From contig CAZJUY010000006.1 in assembly GCA_964549315.1 (NCBI GenBank), positions 45,639 through 109,638 on the forward strand: a DNA stretch of 64,000 nt, read 5' to 3'. The translations under genes were made by a program, and so were the position numbers. Of this stretch, positions 54,452 through 64,000 are shown piece after piece. The notes under the pieces were generated by a model that was not told the origin of the DNA, did no database searches, and saw nothing but the letters and a program-made list of their open reading frames with translations. Origin of the DNA: an uncultured Chitinophaga sp. (GTDB lineage Bacteria; Bacteroidota; Bacteroidia; 2-12-FULL-35-15). Position 1 is the stretch's first letter; every line of letters begins with the position of its first letter.

Positions 54452-54997
54452 CTATTTTATATTCTTAAGTTTATAACCTACTTTTTCTCTTGGTATATTA
54501 TTTTCTTTCTTTTCTAAAAGCTCGTCCAAATATTGAAATATTAGTTCAATGTTCTTACTTTGATTTCCAAGTTTATGTCTAATTTGTTCAATCTCAGTTT
54601 TTAGTTCAGAAGTATCTATAAGTACTTGTTTTATTTTTGTAAATATTCTTATTATTTGAATATTTACACCAATTGCACGTTTGCTATTAAGAACACTAGA
54701 TAGCATTGCCACACCTTGTTCTGTAAAAGCAAAAGGGGCATATCTTAATCCTATTTTGTCAGCTTTGGAGGTCACATTTTGTGATCTCCAAAGTTCAAAT
54801 TCCATTTTTGTTAATTCAAACATAAAGTCTGAAGGAAACCGATCAATATTACGTTTTACAGATTGTTTTAAAACTCTTGTTTCAACTCCATATAATACTG
54901 CCAAATCTCTATCTAGCATTACTTTTTGTCCTCTGATGAAATATATTTGATTCAATACGATTTCTTCAGATAAAATAATCTCTTTTTTCCCTGACAT
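54452..54997 (-). CDS. ORF6N-domain protein (phage antirepressor/KilA-N-related DNA-binding domain)
   Basis: 'IRGQKVMLDRDLAVLYGVETRVLKQSVKRNIDRFPSDFMFELT' matches the ORF6N consensus. There is a C-terminal coiled coil. Confidence 0.75.
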   Translation of the reverse strand: MSGKKEIILSEEIVLNQIYFIRGQKVMLDRDLAVLYGVETRVLKQSVKRNIDRFPSDFMFELTKMEFELWRSQNVTSKADKIGLRYAPFAFTEQGVAMLSSVLNSKRAIGVNIQIIRIFTKIKQVLIDTSELKTEIEQIRHKLGNQSKNIELIFQYLDELLEKKENNIPREKVGYKLKNIK

Positions 54998-57258
54998 TAA
55001 TAAAAATCGTCTGTTACATTAAAATTTTCTTTTCCTTCTTCTAATTCTTTATTGTATTTGCTGCAATCTAAATCGGCATCAATTTTTTTAGCTGGCTTTT
55101 CAAAATCACCTTGTGTAATTTTTATTGATTTATCTGCATATATTTTTGTCATGTACTTAGCAAATATTGGTAATGCCATGCTGGCTCCCTGTCCTTGGTC
55201 GGTAGTATTAAAATGGATTGCTCTATCTTCACCACCTACCCAACAGCCTGAAACTAAATCGGGCGTAATACCCATAAACCAACCATCAGAATTGTTTTGA
55301 GTAGTACCTGTTTTACCAGCCATCGGTTGGTTTAGTTTATAACGGTAACGTAAACGAACACCAGTTCCTGAAGTAACAACACCTTTCATTAATTGTATCA
55401 TGATGTATGCTTTTTCTTCACTCATTACTTCTTCGGTTTTCGGAACAAAGTCCGCTAATACTTTTCCGTTTTTATCTTCTATACGTGTTACAAAAGTTGG
55501 TTCTATCCAAGTTCCTTTATTTGCAAAAGTTGCATTAGCTCCAACCATTTCGAAAACTGAAATTTCTGGTGTGCCCAAGCAAATTGCTGGTACCGCTTCA
55601 ATTGGTGATACAATTCCCATTCTTCGAACCAAATCAACAGTAGCTTGTGGACCAAATTGTTTCATAAAATAAGCAGAAATATAATTTACAGAATTTGCCA
55701 ATGCTTGTTGTATCGTTAGCATTTTACCATTTAATTTATCGTCAGAGTTAGAAGGAGTCCATTCTTTTCCATCATAACTTATTGTAGTTGGTACGTTTGG
55801 CAAACGATAACATGGTAAATATCCTTCTTGAATTGCTAAAGCATATACAAAAGGTTTAAATGTTGAACCTACTTGCCGCGCATGACCAATTTGAACATGG
55901 TCGTACTGAAAATATTTATGGTTAATACCTCCAACCCAAGCTTTGATATAACCTGTTTGAGGTTCAATTGACATAAATCCAGCTTGCAAATAATATTTAG
56001 CATATTTAATTGAATCCCATGGACTAAGTACTGTATCTTTTTCCCCTTGCCATGTAAATAATTTCATTGGAATAGCTGTATTAAATACTTTTTCAATCTC
56101 ATCCATTGATAAACCTGCTTTTTTTAAAACACGATAGCGTTCGCTACGTTTCATTGCAGTTTTCATGATTGTATTGATTTCATCTTTTGAAACATTCCAT
56201 GCAAAAGGTGCATTTTTTTTGCGCGTACAGTCTTTAAAAAATGCTGCTTGCAAATCGGTTAAGTGCTCCGTTACGGCTTGTTCACCATATTTTTGCATTC
56301 GAGAATCAATGGTGGTATAAATTTTTAAACCATCTCTGTAAATATCATATTTAGTACCATCAGGTTTGCGATTTTCTTCGCACCATTTTTTGAGAAATAC
56401 ATCACGCAGGTATTCTCTAAAATATGGTGCCAATCCTTCGTTATGATCTTCGGGGTGAAAATCTAGTTTTAGTGGAATCGCTTTAATTGAATCACATGCT
56501 TGCTCTGTCAAATAACCATATTTACACATTTGTTGAAGAACGGTATTTCTTCTTCCTTCGGCTTTATCATGAAAACGGTTTGGGTTGAAGTAAGAAGGAT
56601 TTTTTGCCATTCCAACAAGCATTGCTGCTTCTTCTATATTCAGCGAATCAGGTGTTGTATTAAAATATATTTGTGCTGCAGATTTTATACCTACAGCATT
56701 ATTCACAAAATCAAATTTATTTAAGTACAATGCAATTATTTCTTCCTTGGTATATTCTTTTTCTAATTTTACTGCAATAATCCATTCCTTGAATTTACGA
56801 ATCACTAAACCAATTTTACTTAAATCCTCGCGAGGGAAAAGCATTTTTGCTAGTTGTTGAGAAATTGTACTACCACCTCCACTTGATGAGCTTCCGGTGA
56901 GTGCACCATAAACAACCCTACCAAGTGATCTGATGTCAATTCCAGAATGTTCAAAAAAACGCGCATCTTCAGTAGCAATAAGTGCATTTATTACATTTGG
57001 AGAGATTTCGCTATACTTAACATTTGTTCTGTTTTCGGCATAAAATTTCCCAATCACTTTTAAGTCGCTGGAATAAATTTCTGTTGCTAAAAGTGTTTTA
57101 GGATTTTGTAATTCTTCTGTATCTGGCAAGTCAGAAAATAAGCGTACAAAAAGCACCATTAAAAATATTCCAACTATTGGGCTTGAAAATAAAACCCAAA
57201 ACCATAGTATTGCTTTTTTGGAATTTTGTTTTTTATCTTTTGTTTTTTCGGTTGTCAT
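54997..57258 (-). CDS. mrcA: Class A penicillin-binding protein (PBP1A: transglycosylase plus transpeptidase)
   Basis: N-terminal TM. GT51 motifs 'ATEDARFFEHSGID' and 'GGSTISQQLAK'. Transpeptidase motifs 'STFKP', 'SVN' and 'KTGTT'. Confidence 0.85.
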   Translation of the reverse strand: MTTEKTKDKKQNSKKAILWFWVLFSSPIVGIFLMVLFVRLFSDLPDTEELQNPKTLLATEIYSSDLKVIGKFYAENRTNVKYSEISPNVINALIATEDARFFEHSGIDIRSLGRVVYGALTGSSSSGGGSTISQQLAKMLFPREDLSKIGLVIRKFKEWIIAVKLEKEYTKEEIIALYLNKFDFVNNAVGIKSAAQIYFNTTPDSLNIEEAAMLVGMAKNPSYFNPNRFHDKAEGRRNTVLQQMCKYGYLTEQACDSIKAIPLKLDFHPEDHNEGLAPYFREYLRDVFLKKWCEENRKPDGTKYDIYRDGLKIYTTIDSRMQKYGEQAVTEHLTDLQAAFFKDCTRKKNAPFAWNVSKDEINTIMKTAMKRSERYRVLKKAGLSMDEIEKVFNTAIPMKLFTWQGEKDTVLSPWDSIKYAKYYLQAGFMSIEPQTGYIKAWVGGINHKYFQYDHVQIGHARQVGSTFKPFVYALAIQEGYLPCYRLPNVPTTISYDGKEWTPSNSDDKLNGKMLTIQQALANSVNYISAYFMKQFGPQATVDLVRRMGIVSPIEAVPAICLGTPEISVFEMVGANATFANKGTWIEPTFVTRIEDKNGKVLADFVPKTEEVMSEEKAYIMIQLMKGVVTSGTGVRLRYRYKLNQPMAGKTGTTQNNSDGWFMGITPDLVSGCWVGGEDRAIHFNTTDQGQGASMALPIFAKYMTKIYADKSIKITQGDFEKPAKKIDADLDCSKYNKELEEGKENFNVTDDFY

Positions 57259-57292
57259 GTTCAGTAGGATGAACTTTATTTTTTAAATAATA

Positions 57293-57775
57293 TTATTCAG
57301 CTTTTTCAATTCTTAAGCCCACATCCATAATCAAAGGGATGTTGTCAGAGCGCATGCCATGCTGAATTTCAAAACTATATTTTCCTGCTAGAGGGAAACG
57401 CACATTTTTTTTAAATGGGATTTGATTGTCGTATATATCTCCAATTCCTTTTCCAATCCATTTTCCATTGGCATCCGCAAGAACACATTCCAATGTATCA
57501 TTTGAATATTTTCCATTTGGGAAAATAGTTTTTATGAATAAAAATAAATTGCTGTATGGATATCCATCTGCATTTCTAACATTTATGTAAAAATTGGTTG
57601 ATGTAGAAGGGTCAAGAATATTCACCTCAAATTTTTTAATATCACTTATTTTCCATCCAGATTCAGGTATATCTTGGTTTTCTTCAAAAACTCTGTTTTT
57701 ATCACAAGATGAAAACAAAAAAATGCCAAGCAAAAATGCGAATGAGAAAATGGTATGTATGCTTTTGTTTTTCAT
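57293..57775 (-). CDS. gldH: Gliding motility lipoprotein GldH
   Basis: 160-aa lipoprotein ('LFSSCDKNRVF'). 'GYPYSNLFLFIKT' and 'LECVLADANGKW.GKG' resemble GldH. The holB - PSP1 - gldH - PBP1A synteny, as I recall it for gliding Bacteroidetes, supports the call. Confidence 0.6.
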   Translation of the reverse strand: MKNKSIHTIFSFAFLLGIFLFSSCDKNRVFEENQDIPESGWKISDIKKFEVNILDPSTSTNFYINVRNADGYPYSNLFLFIKTIFPNGKYSNDTLECVLADANGKWIGKGIGDIYDNQIPFKKNVRFPLAGKYSFEIQHGMRSDNIPLIMDVGLRIEKAE

Positions 57776-59086
57776 TTATTGAGCTTGTGGTGGTTTTGGG
57801 TTGTTATTGTTTGGTCTTGGTTTATTATTATTTCTATTGTTTCTGTTTCTATTGTTGTTTTTGTTTCCCGCATTAGGATTTGGGTTTTGTTTTGCACCCT
57901 GACTAGGATTTGGATTGTTGTGTGGATTAGTTGGTCGTTTCTTATTGTTTTTGTTTCTGTTGTTACTTTTTTTCTTTTTGTCGAATCGAGTTACATCATC
58001 TTGTCCTACAACATTTTCGTAATCTAATTTTTTCTCTACAACTTTTCGTTCTACATAAACCGTTAAATCTGCAGGCTTTTCTCCTTTAGTATTCAATTCA
58101 ATAATTTCTTTAACTCTATCTACAGGTAATGCAATAAAATTGTCAGGTTCAGAAGTGTAAGAGAAAAACATAGTTCTTCTGAAAATATCTGTTTTCTGAT
58201 GAAATGCTCTTCCTTTTTCTGTTTCAAGTTTTACATTATTTACATCAGGAAAATCGTGTAATGCATCCAAATAGCTATCTAATTCAAAGTTTAAACAACA
58301 TTTTAATTTACCACATTGCCCAGCTAACTTTAATGGGTTTAACGATAGTTGTTGATAACGGGCAGCACTTGTTCCTACAGAACGAAAATCTGTTAACCAA
58401 GTCGAACAACATAACTCTCTTCCACATGAACCGATTCCACCCAACCTGCTTGCTTCTTGTCGTGCACCAATTTGGCGCATTTCAATTCTAATTTTAAATT
58501 CATCAGCCATTACTTTAATCAACTCTCTAAAGTCAACTCTTTCATCTGCTGTGTAATAGAATATAGCCTTAGTTTTATCGCCTTGATATTCCACATCACT
58601 AATTTTCATTTGTAAACCTAGCTTCACTGCAATAGTTCTAGCACGATGCATCGTATTGTATTCAAGTTTCTGAGCTTCTTGCCATTTATCAATATCGGTT
58701 TGTTTGGCTTTTCGGTAAACTTTTTTTATTTCAGCAGAATCAAAATTAACATTGTGTTTTTTCATCTGTAATTTTACAAGTTCACCTGTAATGGAAATAG
58801 TTCCAATATCATGTCCAGGAGAAGCTTCTACTGCAACTACATCACCAACAGCCAATGGCAGGTTATTTACATTTTTAAAAAATTCTTTTCTGCTGTTTTT
58901 AAATCGTATTTCAACAATATCAAATTGTGATTGACCACTTGGTAAATCCATATTAGCTAGCCAGTCGAATACGCTTAGTTTATTACAACCGCCAGTTCCA
59001 CAAGAGCCATTATTTTTACAGCCACCAGGCAAGCTTTTACTTGTTGTGCTACACCCTCTACTCGTTGAACATCCACTACATCCCAT
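57776..59086 (-). CDS. PSP1 C-terminal-domain protein (RicT/YaaT-like) with a Cys-rich N-terminus and a long Asn/Pro/Lys-rich low-complexity C-terminal tail
   Basis: PSP1 core 'DIVEIRFKNSRKEFF...GDVVAVEASPGHDIGTI' and 'CGKLKCCLNFE'. N-terminus 'MGCSGCSTSRGCSTTSKSLPGGCKNNGSCGTGGC'. Tail 'NNRNKNNKKRPTNPHNNPNPSQGAKQNPNPNAGNKNNNRNRNNRNNNKPRPNNNNPKPPQAQ'. Confidence 0.75.
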   Translation of the reverse strand: MGCSGCSTSRGCSTTSKSLPGGCKNNGSCGTGGCNKLSVFDWLANMDLPSGQSQFDIVEIRFKNSRKEFFKNVNNLPLAVGDVVAVEASPGHDIGTISITGELVKLQMKKHNVNFDSAEIKKVYRKAKQTDIDKWQEAQKLEYNTMHRARTIAVKLGLQMKISDVEYQGDKTKAIFYYTADERVDFRELIKVMADEFKIRIEMRQIGARQEASRLGGIGSCGRELCCSTWLTDFRSVGTSAARYQQLSLNPLKLAGQCGKLKCCLNFELDSYLDALHDFPDVNNVKLETEKGRAFHQKTDIFRRTMFFSYTSEPDNFIALPVDRVKEIIELNTKGEKPADLTVYVERKVVEKKLDYENVVGQDDVTRFDKKKKSNNRNKNNKKRPTNPHNNPNPSQGAKQNPNPNAGNKNNNRNRNNRNNNKPRPNNNNPKPPQAQ

Positions 59087-59129
59087 ATCTTGTTTTTTCT
59101 TTAAGTTAATTTAATTGCGAAATAAGACA

Positions 59130-60290
59130 TTAATTTACGCCTACTTCATTTGGTTTTGGAACGTTTAACAATTCATTAAATTTAAATGCCAAATCCATAA
59201 ATAAAATTTTTGGATTTGCATTTCGTTCCAAATGATAAAATGCTTTATTCAATTCTTCTGTAAAATGTTCAATATTATTTGCATGCATAAAAGCAGCGAA
59301 TTTTTTTACGAAGTCTAATTCTTTTTCTGTAAGTTTTACTAAAAGCTCAGTGCTGTTGTTCATTAAAAAACATTGTCTAGAAATATGCAATGCATATGTA
59401 ATGAAATTTTTTTGTCGTTCTCTACCAGCTTCACTAATTCCATTTGTCCAGCTGATTATTTCTTTAATGTTAAACTTTAAACAGTTGCGCATTAATGTTT
59501 GGAAGTTTAACAAATTCTGAGAATTGTTTTCAATATCACTTAACAACAGTAAAGCTTCAGAATAATTTCCATCTGATAAATGCGCTGTTTTTTGTGCATC
59601 TTCAAAACTTAACTGATGTTGTTGAACAAGAGCATTTACTATTTGTTCTTCAGTTAGTTTATTTATTTTTATGAGCTGTGTTCTCGAAACGATTGTTCGT
59701 AATAACTGATCTTCATTTTCACACACTAATAGAAATAAAGTTTTTTCAGGTGGCTCTTCCAGTATTTTTAAAAGTTTGTTGGCTGAAGTTGTATTCATTT
59801 TTTCTGGCAACCAAATAATCATAATCTTGTATGCCGATTCGTAAGTGGTAAGACTTAATTTTCGTAATATTTCAGCACTTTCTTCGGTTCCAATTATTGC
59901 TTGTTTGTTTTCTGCGTTCAGAGAATCAAACCAATCAAATAAAGTAATGTAAGGGTTATTTAAAAATGCACTTCTAAATTCGGTTAGCACATCATCGCTT
60001 TTTCGAACATCTTTTGAAAGAGCAATTGGGAATACAAAGTGTAAATCAGGATGAATAATTTTATTGTATTTAATACAAGATAAGCAAGTACCACAGCTAT
60101 CTGTTTCTGATTTATTAGTACATGAAATATATTGAGCGTAGGCAAGTGCAATTGGTAAGGCGCCAGACCCCTGCGGACCCAAAAATAATTGAGCATGACT
60201 AATTCGTTGTTCTTTAACAGAACGAATTAATCTTTCTTTTATATTTTCTTGACCAATTACTTGACTGAATAGCATATTTAATGAAAACAA
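59130..60290 (-). CDS. holB: DNA polymerase III subunit delta' (clamp-loader AAA+)
   Basis: 'HAQLFLGPQGSGALPIALAYAQYISC', a zinc module 'CGTCLSCIKYNK', and the SRT-like motif 'LRTIVSRTQ'. Confidence 0.8.
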   Translation of the reverse strand: MFSLNMLFSQVIGQENIKERLIRSVKEQRISHAQLFLGPQGSGALPIALAYAQYISCTNKSETDSCGTCLSCIKYNKIIHPDLHFVFPIALSKDVRKSDDVLTEFRSAFLNNPYITLFDWFDSLNAENKQAIIGTEESAEILRKLSLTTYESAYKIMIIWLPEKMNTTSANKLLKILEEPPEKTLFLLVCENEDQLLRTIVSRTQLIKINKLTEEQIVNALVQQHQLSFEDAQKTAHLSDGNYSEALLLLSDIENNSQNLLNFQTLMRNCLKFNIKEIISWTNGISEAGRERQKNFITYALHISRQCFLMNNSTELLVKLTEKELDFVKKFAAFMHANNIEHFTEELNKAFYHLERNANPKILFMDLAFKFNELLNVPKPNEVGVN

Positions 60291-60368
60291 CGACTATTTT
60301 TTAGTCAAAAGTTTACGCTCTCAAATATACAGAAATCCTTTGATTTATTTTAGGCTATTTTTCTAGTT

Positions 60369-63308
60369 TTATTTTCTTTCTTCCATTGGTTTTGTAATGG
60401 TATTTTTAGGCAATGTACTTCCTTCTGGAGGATGTAAATTATTCAAATTCCCATCTTTAATAAGTGGATTTCCATCGGTATCTAATTCAACTACCTCATA
60501 CCCTAATTTTTTTAATTTTTCAAAGTTAGATTCCTTATCACCAACAACTAAAATTATCATTTTATCGTAAGGCAACATTTTTTTTGCAAGTCCATCAATT
60601 TCTGTTTTTGAAATAGATTTTAGAATCTCGCTTTGTTTGTCAGTAAAATTCTTTTCTAATTTATAATCAAGAATTCTTTTTATAAATCCTGCTTTTTGTT
60701 GTGCTGTTTCATATTTTAGAGCTTCACTTTGACCCATTGAATTTTTAGTAAACAAAAGCTCTTCTTCAGTAATTCCTTTGTCGGCATAATTTTTTATTTC
60801 ACCTAAAAATTCAATTAAACTACTATCCGTAGCATTTCCTCTAACACCAGCATATCCAGTATAAGGGCCGTTAAATTGGTTGCCATTAAAAAAAGAACGT
60901 GCGCCATATGTCCAGCCGTGTTTCTCCCTTAAACTTAAATTTATTCGGCCATTAAATGCTCCTCCTAAAGGAAAATTCATTATCTGAGCTTTGTAAAACA
61001 TGCCAGTTGCATCATAAGGTATAGAAAGGTATCCAATTCTGATTTCAGATTGAGGAGCTTTTTCTTTGTTTACAAAGTAAATTTTTGTTTTATCAATGTA
61101 AAGTGGGTTGGGCTCTCTATAATGTTCTACCAATATTGGTTTCCATGTTTTTAGGAAATTTATTTTTTGTAAAACTTGTTCTTTTTCAATATCACCAACA
61201 ATTACAATAGATGAAACTGTAGGCGAGAAATTGGTTTGATAATGCTCTTTAATATTTGTTAAGGAAAGTTCAGAAACGGACTTTTTTGTCCCAAGAGAAG
61301 GAATTCCCATGATATGTTTTGAACCGTAAAGCAATTTGCTATATACATTATTTGCAATAGTAGTAGCTTGTGTACTTTGATTTTCAATACTTTCAAGACG
61401 TTGTTTTTTTAATCGTTCAAAATCTTTTTCGTCAAATTTAGGCTGGAATAACATTTCTTCTGCTATTGCCAATGTTGCATCAAGGTTTTTTGTAAGTGAA
61501 AAAATGCTTAACACAATATCTTGCCCGTTGTCATAAATATTTATTGAACTTCCCAAACGATCAAGCATTTCTCCAATTTCTTCGCTTGTGTGTTTTAGTG
61601 TTCCTTCGTTTAGCATACTTGCGGTTAATCCTGCTATCCCCGCTTGTGAGGGATGGCTGTACCTGTGTCCAGCTTCAATACTAAGTTGCATTGTAACAGT
61701 TGGAACTTCTGTGTTTTTTGTACCAATAATTTTTAATCCGTTTTGGGAATTTTCAGTCCAATATTCAGGAGCTTTTACAAGTGCAGCTGGAGGAGAGTTT
61801 GGTTGCTTACTTCTATCTAAATTATCTTTTGCTTTGTTGTAAACTAAATTTTTGTATTCGTCTGCTTCAACAGCATTTGTATTTCTTGGTGGGCATTTAT
61901 AATTATCTGGTTTTGCAATTACTTCCGACTTACCCTTTGGATAGATGCTAAGAACAACTGCATATTTGTTTTTAATATAGGTATTATAAACACGCATCAC
62001 ATCTTCTTTTGTTACTGAATTTGTGGCTTCAATTTCTTTTTTGATGTAATTTGGATTGCCTGTAAATGTTTGGTATGAAGCTAATCTGGTTCCTTTTCCT
62101 TGAACACTGGATAAAGAGTTTATTAAATCCGTTTCTCTGCTTGCTTTAAATTTTATTAAATCGTCATCTGTTACACCTCGTTTTTCAAATTGTAATAAAG
62201 ATACTTTTACCAGAGAATCCATTTGTGAGAGTGTTTTGTTTGGAAATGTTCTTACATTAATTGAAAAATTTCCAGCAAGTTCATCTGTTGGATGAAAAAC
62301 ACTTGCAAATTGTGCCATTCCAGATTTTACAAAATTTTGATAAAAAATAGAACTTTTCCCTCCGCTTAAAATATCTGCTAAAGCGTCAAGTGCGGCTTCA
62401 TCTTTATGTCTTATTGGAACAGTTGGGAAAACAAAATTGATTTGTGGTGCTCTAATATTGTCTTGATAAGAAATATATCTATCACTTTCTAAGATAACAG
62501 GAGCTACGGTTTGTGCTTTTACCTCTGGTCCTTTAGGAATGGACCCAAAATATTTTTCTGCAAGTTTTACAACTTCAGCGGTATTTACATCACCTGAAAC
62601 AGTTAATGTTGCATTGTTAGGGCCATACCAACGCAAAAAGAATTTTTTCAAATCAGATAAATTCATTTTATTTAAATCGTCAATATATCCTATTGTTAAC
62701 CAGGAGTAGGGGTGTGCAGGAGGGTATAAAGCCTCTCCAATTTTTTCATAAGCCAATGCATACGGTTTGTTATCATAATTTTGACCACGTTCGTTTTTTA
62801 CAGTTTCACGTTGTACTTCAAATTTTCTTTCAGTAACAGAGTCAAGGAAAAACCCCATTCTGTCTGATTCTAACCAGAACGCAGTTTCTAATTTATTGCT
62901 TGGTAAAACCTCAAAGTAATTTGTTCTATCTCTGTTTGTTGTTCCATTTAAGGTGCCACCTGCTTCTGTAACGATTTTAAAATGTTGTTCATCTCCAACA
63001 TGTTCAGAACCTTGAAACATCATGTGTTCAAAGAAATGTGCAAAACCAGAACGCCCTTCTTGTTCTCTTGCAGAACCAACATGATAAGTAACATCAATAT
63101 ATACAATCGGATCTGAGTGGTCTTCATGTACGATTATGGTTAAACCATTTGGTAGTTGATATTTTTCATAAGGGATAACTAATTCAGAACCTTTACGAGT
63201 TACTTTTTCAATTAGTTTGGTTTGAGCAGCACAAAATAATATTGTGGAAATAAATAGTAATGATAGAATATATTTTTTCACGATAATTTGTTTTTTGTTT
63301 AAACACAA
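60369..63308 (-). CDS. Secreted M16-family (pitrilysin/insulinase-like) zinc peptidase with tandem M16 units
   Basis: Signal peptide. Inverted zincin motif 'HFFEHMMFQGSEH' with a downstream Glu ('NGTTNRDRTNYFE'). Length is 979 aa with a second inactive M16 repeat half. Confidence 0.85.
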   Translation of the reverse strand: MCLNKKQIIVKKYILSLLFISTILFCAAQTKLIEKVTRKGSELVIPYEKYQLPNGLTIIVHEDHSDPIVYIDVTYHVGSAREQEGRSGFAHFFEHMMFQGSEHVGDEQHFKIVTEAGGTLNGTTNRDRTNYFEVLPSNKLETAFWLESDRMGFFLDSVTERKFEVQRETVKNERGQNYDNKPYALAYEKIGEALYPPAHPYSWLTIGYIDDLNKMNLSDLKKFFLRWYGPNNATLTVSGDVNTAEVVKLAEKYFGSIPKGPEVKAQTVAPVILESDRYISYQDNIRAPQINFVFPTVPIRHKDEAALDALADILSGGKSSIFYQNFVKSGMAQFASVFHPTDELAGNFSINVRTFPNKTLSQMDSLVKVSLLQFEKRGVTDDDLIKFKASRETDLINSLSSVQGKGTRLASYQTFTGNPNYIKKEIEATNSVTKEDVMRVYNTYIKNKYAVVLSIYPKGKSEVIAKPDNYKCPPRNTNAVEADEYKNLVYNKAKDNLDRSKQPNSPPAALVKAPEYWTENSQNGLKIIGTKNTEVPTVTMQLSIEAGHRYSHPSQAGIAGLTASMLNEGTLKHTSEEIGEMLDRLGSSINIYDNGQDIVLSIFSLTKNLDATLAIAEEMLFQPKFDEKDFERLKKQRLESIENQSTQATTIANNVYSKLLYGSKHIMGIPSLGTKKSVSELSLTNIKEHYQTNFSPTVSSIVIVGDIEKEQVLQKINFLKTWKPILVEHYREPNPLYIDKTKIYFVNKEKAPQSEIRIGYLSIPYDATGMFYKAQIMNFPLGGAFNGRINLSLREKHGWTYGARSFFNGNQFNGPYTGYAGVRGNATDSSLIEFLGEIKNYADKGITEEELLFTKNSMGQSEALKYETAQQKAGFIKRILDYKLEKNFTDKQSEILKSISKTEIDGLAKKMLPYDKMIILVVGDKESNFEKLKKLGYEVVELDTDGNPLIKDGNLNNLHPPEGSTLPKNTITKPMEERK

Positions 63309-63386
63309 ATATATCGATAAGTTTTTAAAAAAAACGTAAGAGATTGTTGAACGGTTTAATCCTCAGAGGAGCGGAGAAAATAATTT

Positions 63387-64000
63387 TTATCTCATTCTGG
63401 CAGCATTGTCTTCTTTTTTGCTGCTATCATGAAACTTAATGCCTATCATTAGTTCATGAGTACCTGTGCTATATTTTTTAATATTTGTCATTGTAAAATC
63501 ATACGAATAAGCGAACATAATATTTTCTTGCATAGTAAAACCAACCATAGCAGAAACAGCATCTAAATATCTAAATGCACCACCAATCCAATACTTGTCT
63601 TTGTAAATTCCACGCAATCCTAAATCAAATTGCAATGGAGCAGGCTTTACATACTTAATACATGTTGAGGGTTCAATTTTAAAATCTTCTCCTAGAGGAA
63701 ACTTATATCCTGCAGTTGCATAGTAGTGTGTTGCTAGCCTACTCAAAGTAGAAGTATTTGTATCAAAAAATTTAATTTTGTTTTGGAAAATTTGCGGAAC
63801 ACTTGCTCCAATATACCATTTTTTATCTTTAGAGTAAACATAAATACCAGCTCCAAAATCAGGAATAAGAACTGATTGAACACCATTACTTATTACATTA
63901 TCTGATGGGTCTCTCAGCGTTATTTTTGAAGCATCAACCATAAATTGTAATATACCTGCATTTAATCCTAACGATACTCTAATGTTTTCACTTGCTTTTA
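63387..64000 (-). CDS. PorP/SprF-family T9SS outer-membrane beta-barrel protein (3' part; the ORF continues past the window edge)
   Basis: The frame is open beyond 64000 ('...KASENIRVSLGLNAGILQFMVDASK...'). 'YYATAGYKF', 'LGLRGIYKDKYWIGGAFRY' and the terminal 'HELMIGIKF' match the PorP/SprF pattern. Confidence 0.7.
   Translation of the reverse strand, partial: KASENIRVSLGLNAGILQFMVDASKITLRDPSDNVISNGVQSVLIPDFGAGIYVYSKDKKWYIGASVPQIFQNKIKFFDTNTSTLSRLATHYYATAGYKFPLGEDFKIEPSTCIKYVKPAPLQFDLGLRGIYKDKYWIGGAFRYLDAVSAMVGFTMQENIMFAYSYDFTMTNIKKYSTGTHELMIGIKFHDSSKKEDNAARMR

Overview
This is a low-GC window with the hallmarks of a Bacteroidetes genome, probably a gliding Flavobacteriia/Cytophagia-type organism. 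It carries type-A and type-B T9SS C-terminal sorting domains, gldH, PorP/SprF, the COG2827 GIY-YIG mini-nuclease and TAnnTTTG-type promoter boxes. Gene density is high and most of the large six-frame ORFs look real.

Main content, left to right:
- (i) A large T9SS-secreted repeat protein that runs off the 5' edge of the window.
- (ii) A sensor/adhesin island (5960-17909): an SprB-repeat adhesin with a type-B CTD, surrounded by four paralogous membrane sensors. Two carry PP2C/SpoIIE phosphatase outputs (one on a Y_Y_Y beta-propeller sensor). Two are short forms ending exactly at the juxtamembrane motif that precedes the PP2C domain. The island is flanked by two paralogous TPR-PD40 envelope proteins.
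- (iii) Housekeeping genes: msrB, a YceI-family gene, an Lrp-family regulator divergent from a methionine gamma-lyase-family gene, recQ, and a GT2 glycosyltransferase gene.
- (iv) A conserved but uncharacterised seven-gene MoxR module (RDD, SpoIIM-like, membrane protein, DUF4129, DUF4350, MoxR, DUF58), with recX downstream.
- (v) A tandem-ATPase ABC protein.
- (vi) A polyprenol-phosphate-type glycosylation island (37227-52504). It holds an ArnC/ArnT-like GT2 + GT-C pair and three further GT-C-like polytopic proteins. A ~130-aa C-terminal domain recurs on five proteins there. A GH16-like lipoprotein and a COG2827 GIY-YIG mini-gene sit in the same island, the latter embedded in a REP-like ~85-bp double-hairpin repeat array. 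The island also shows a rearrangement footprint: a 91-bp direct repeat (one mismatch) next to a decayed GT2 remnant.
- (vii) scoA and scoB, split by a four-helix-bundle gene.
- (viii) An ORF6N gene, PBP1A, gldH, a PSP1/RicT-like gene, holB, an M16 peptidase and a partial PorP/SprF gene at the 3' edge.

I saw no rRNA, tRNA or CRISPR.
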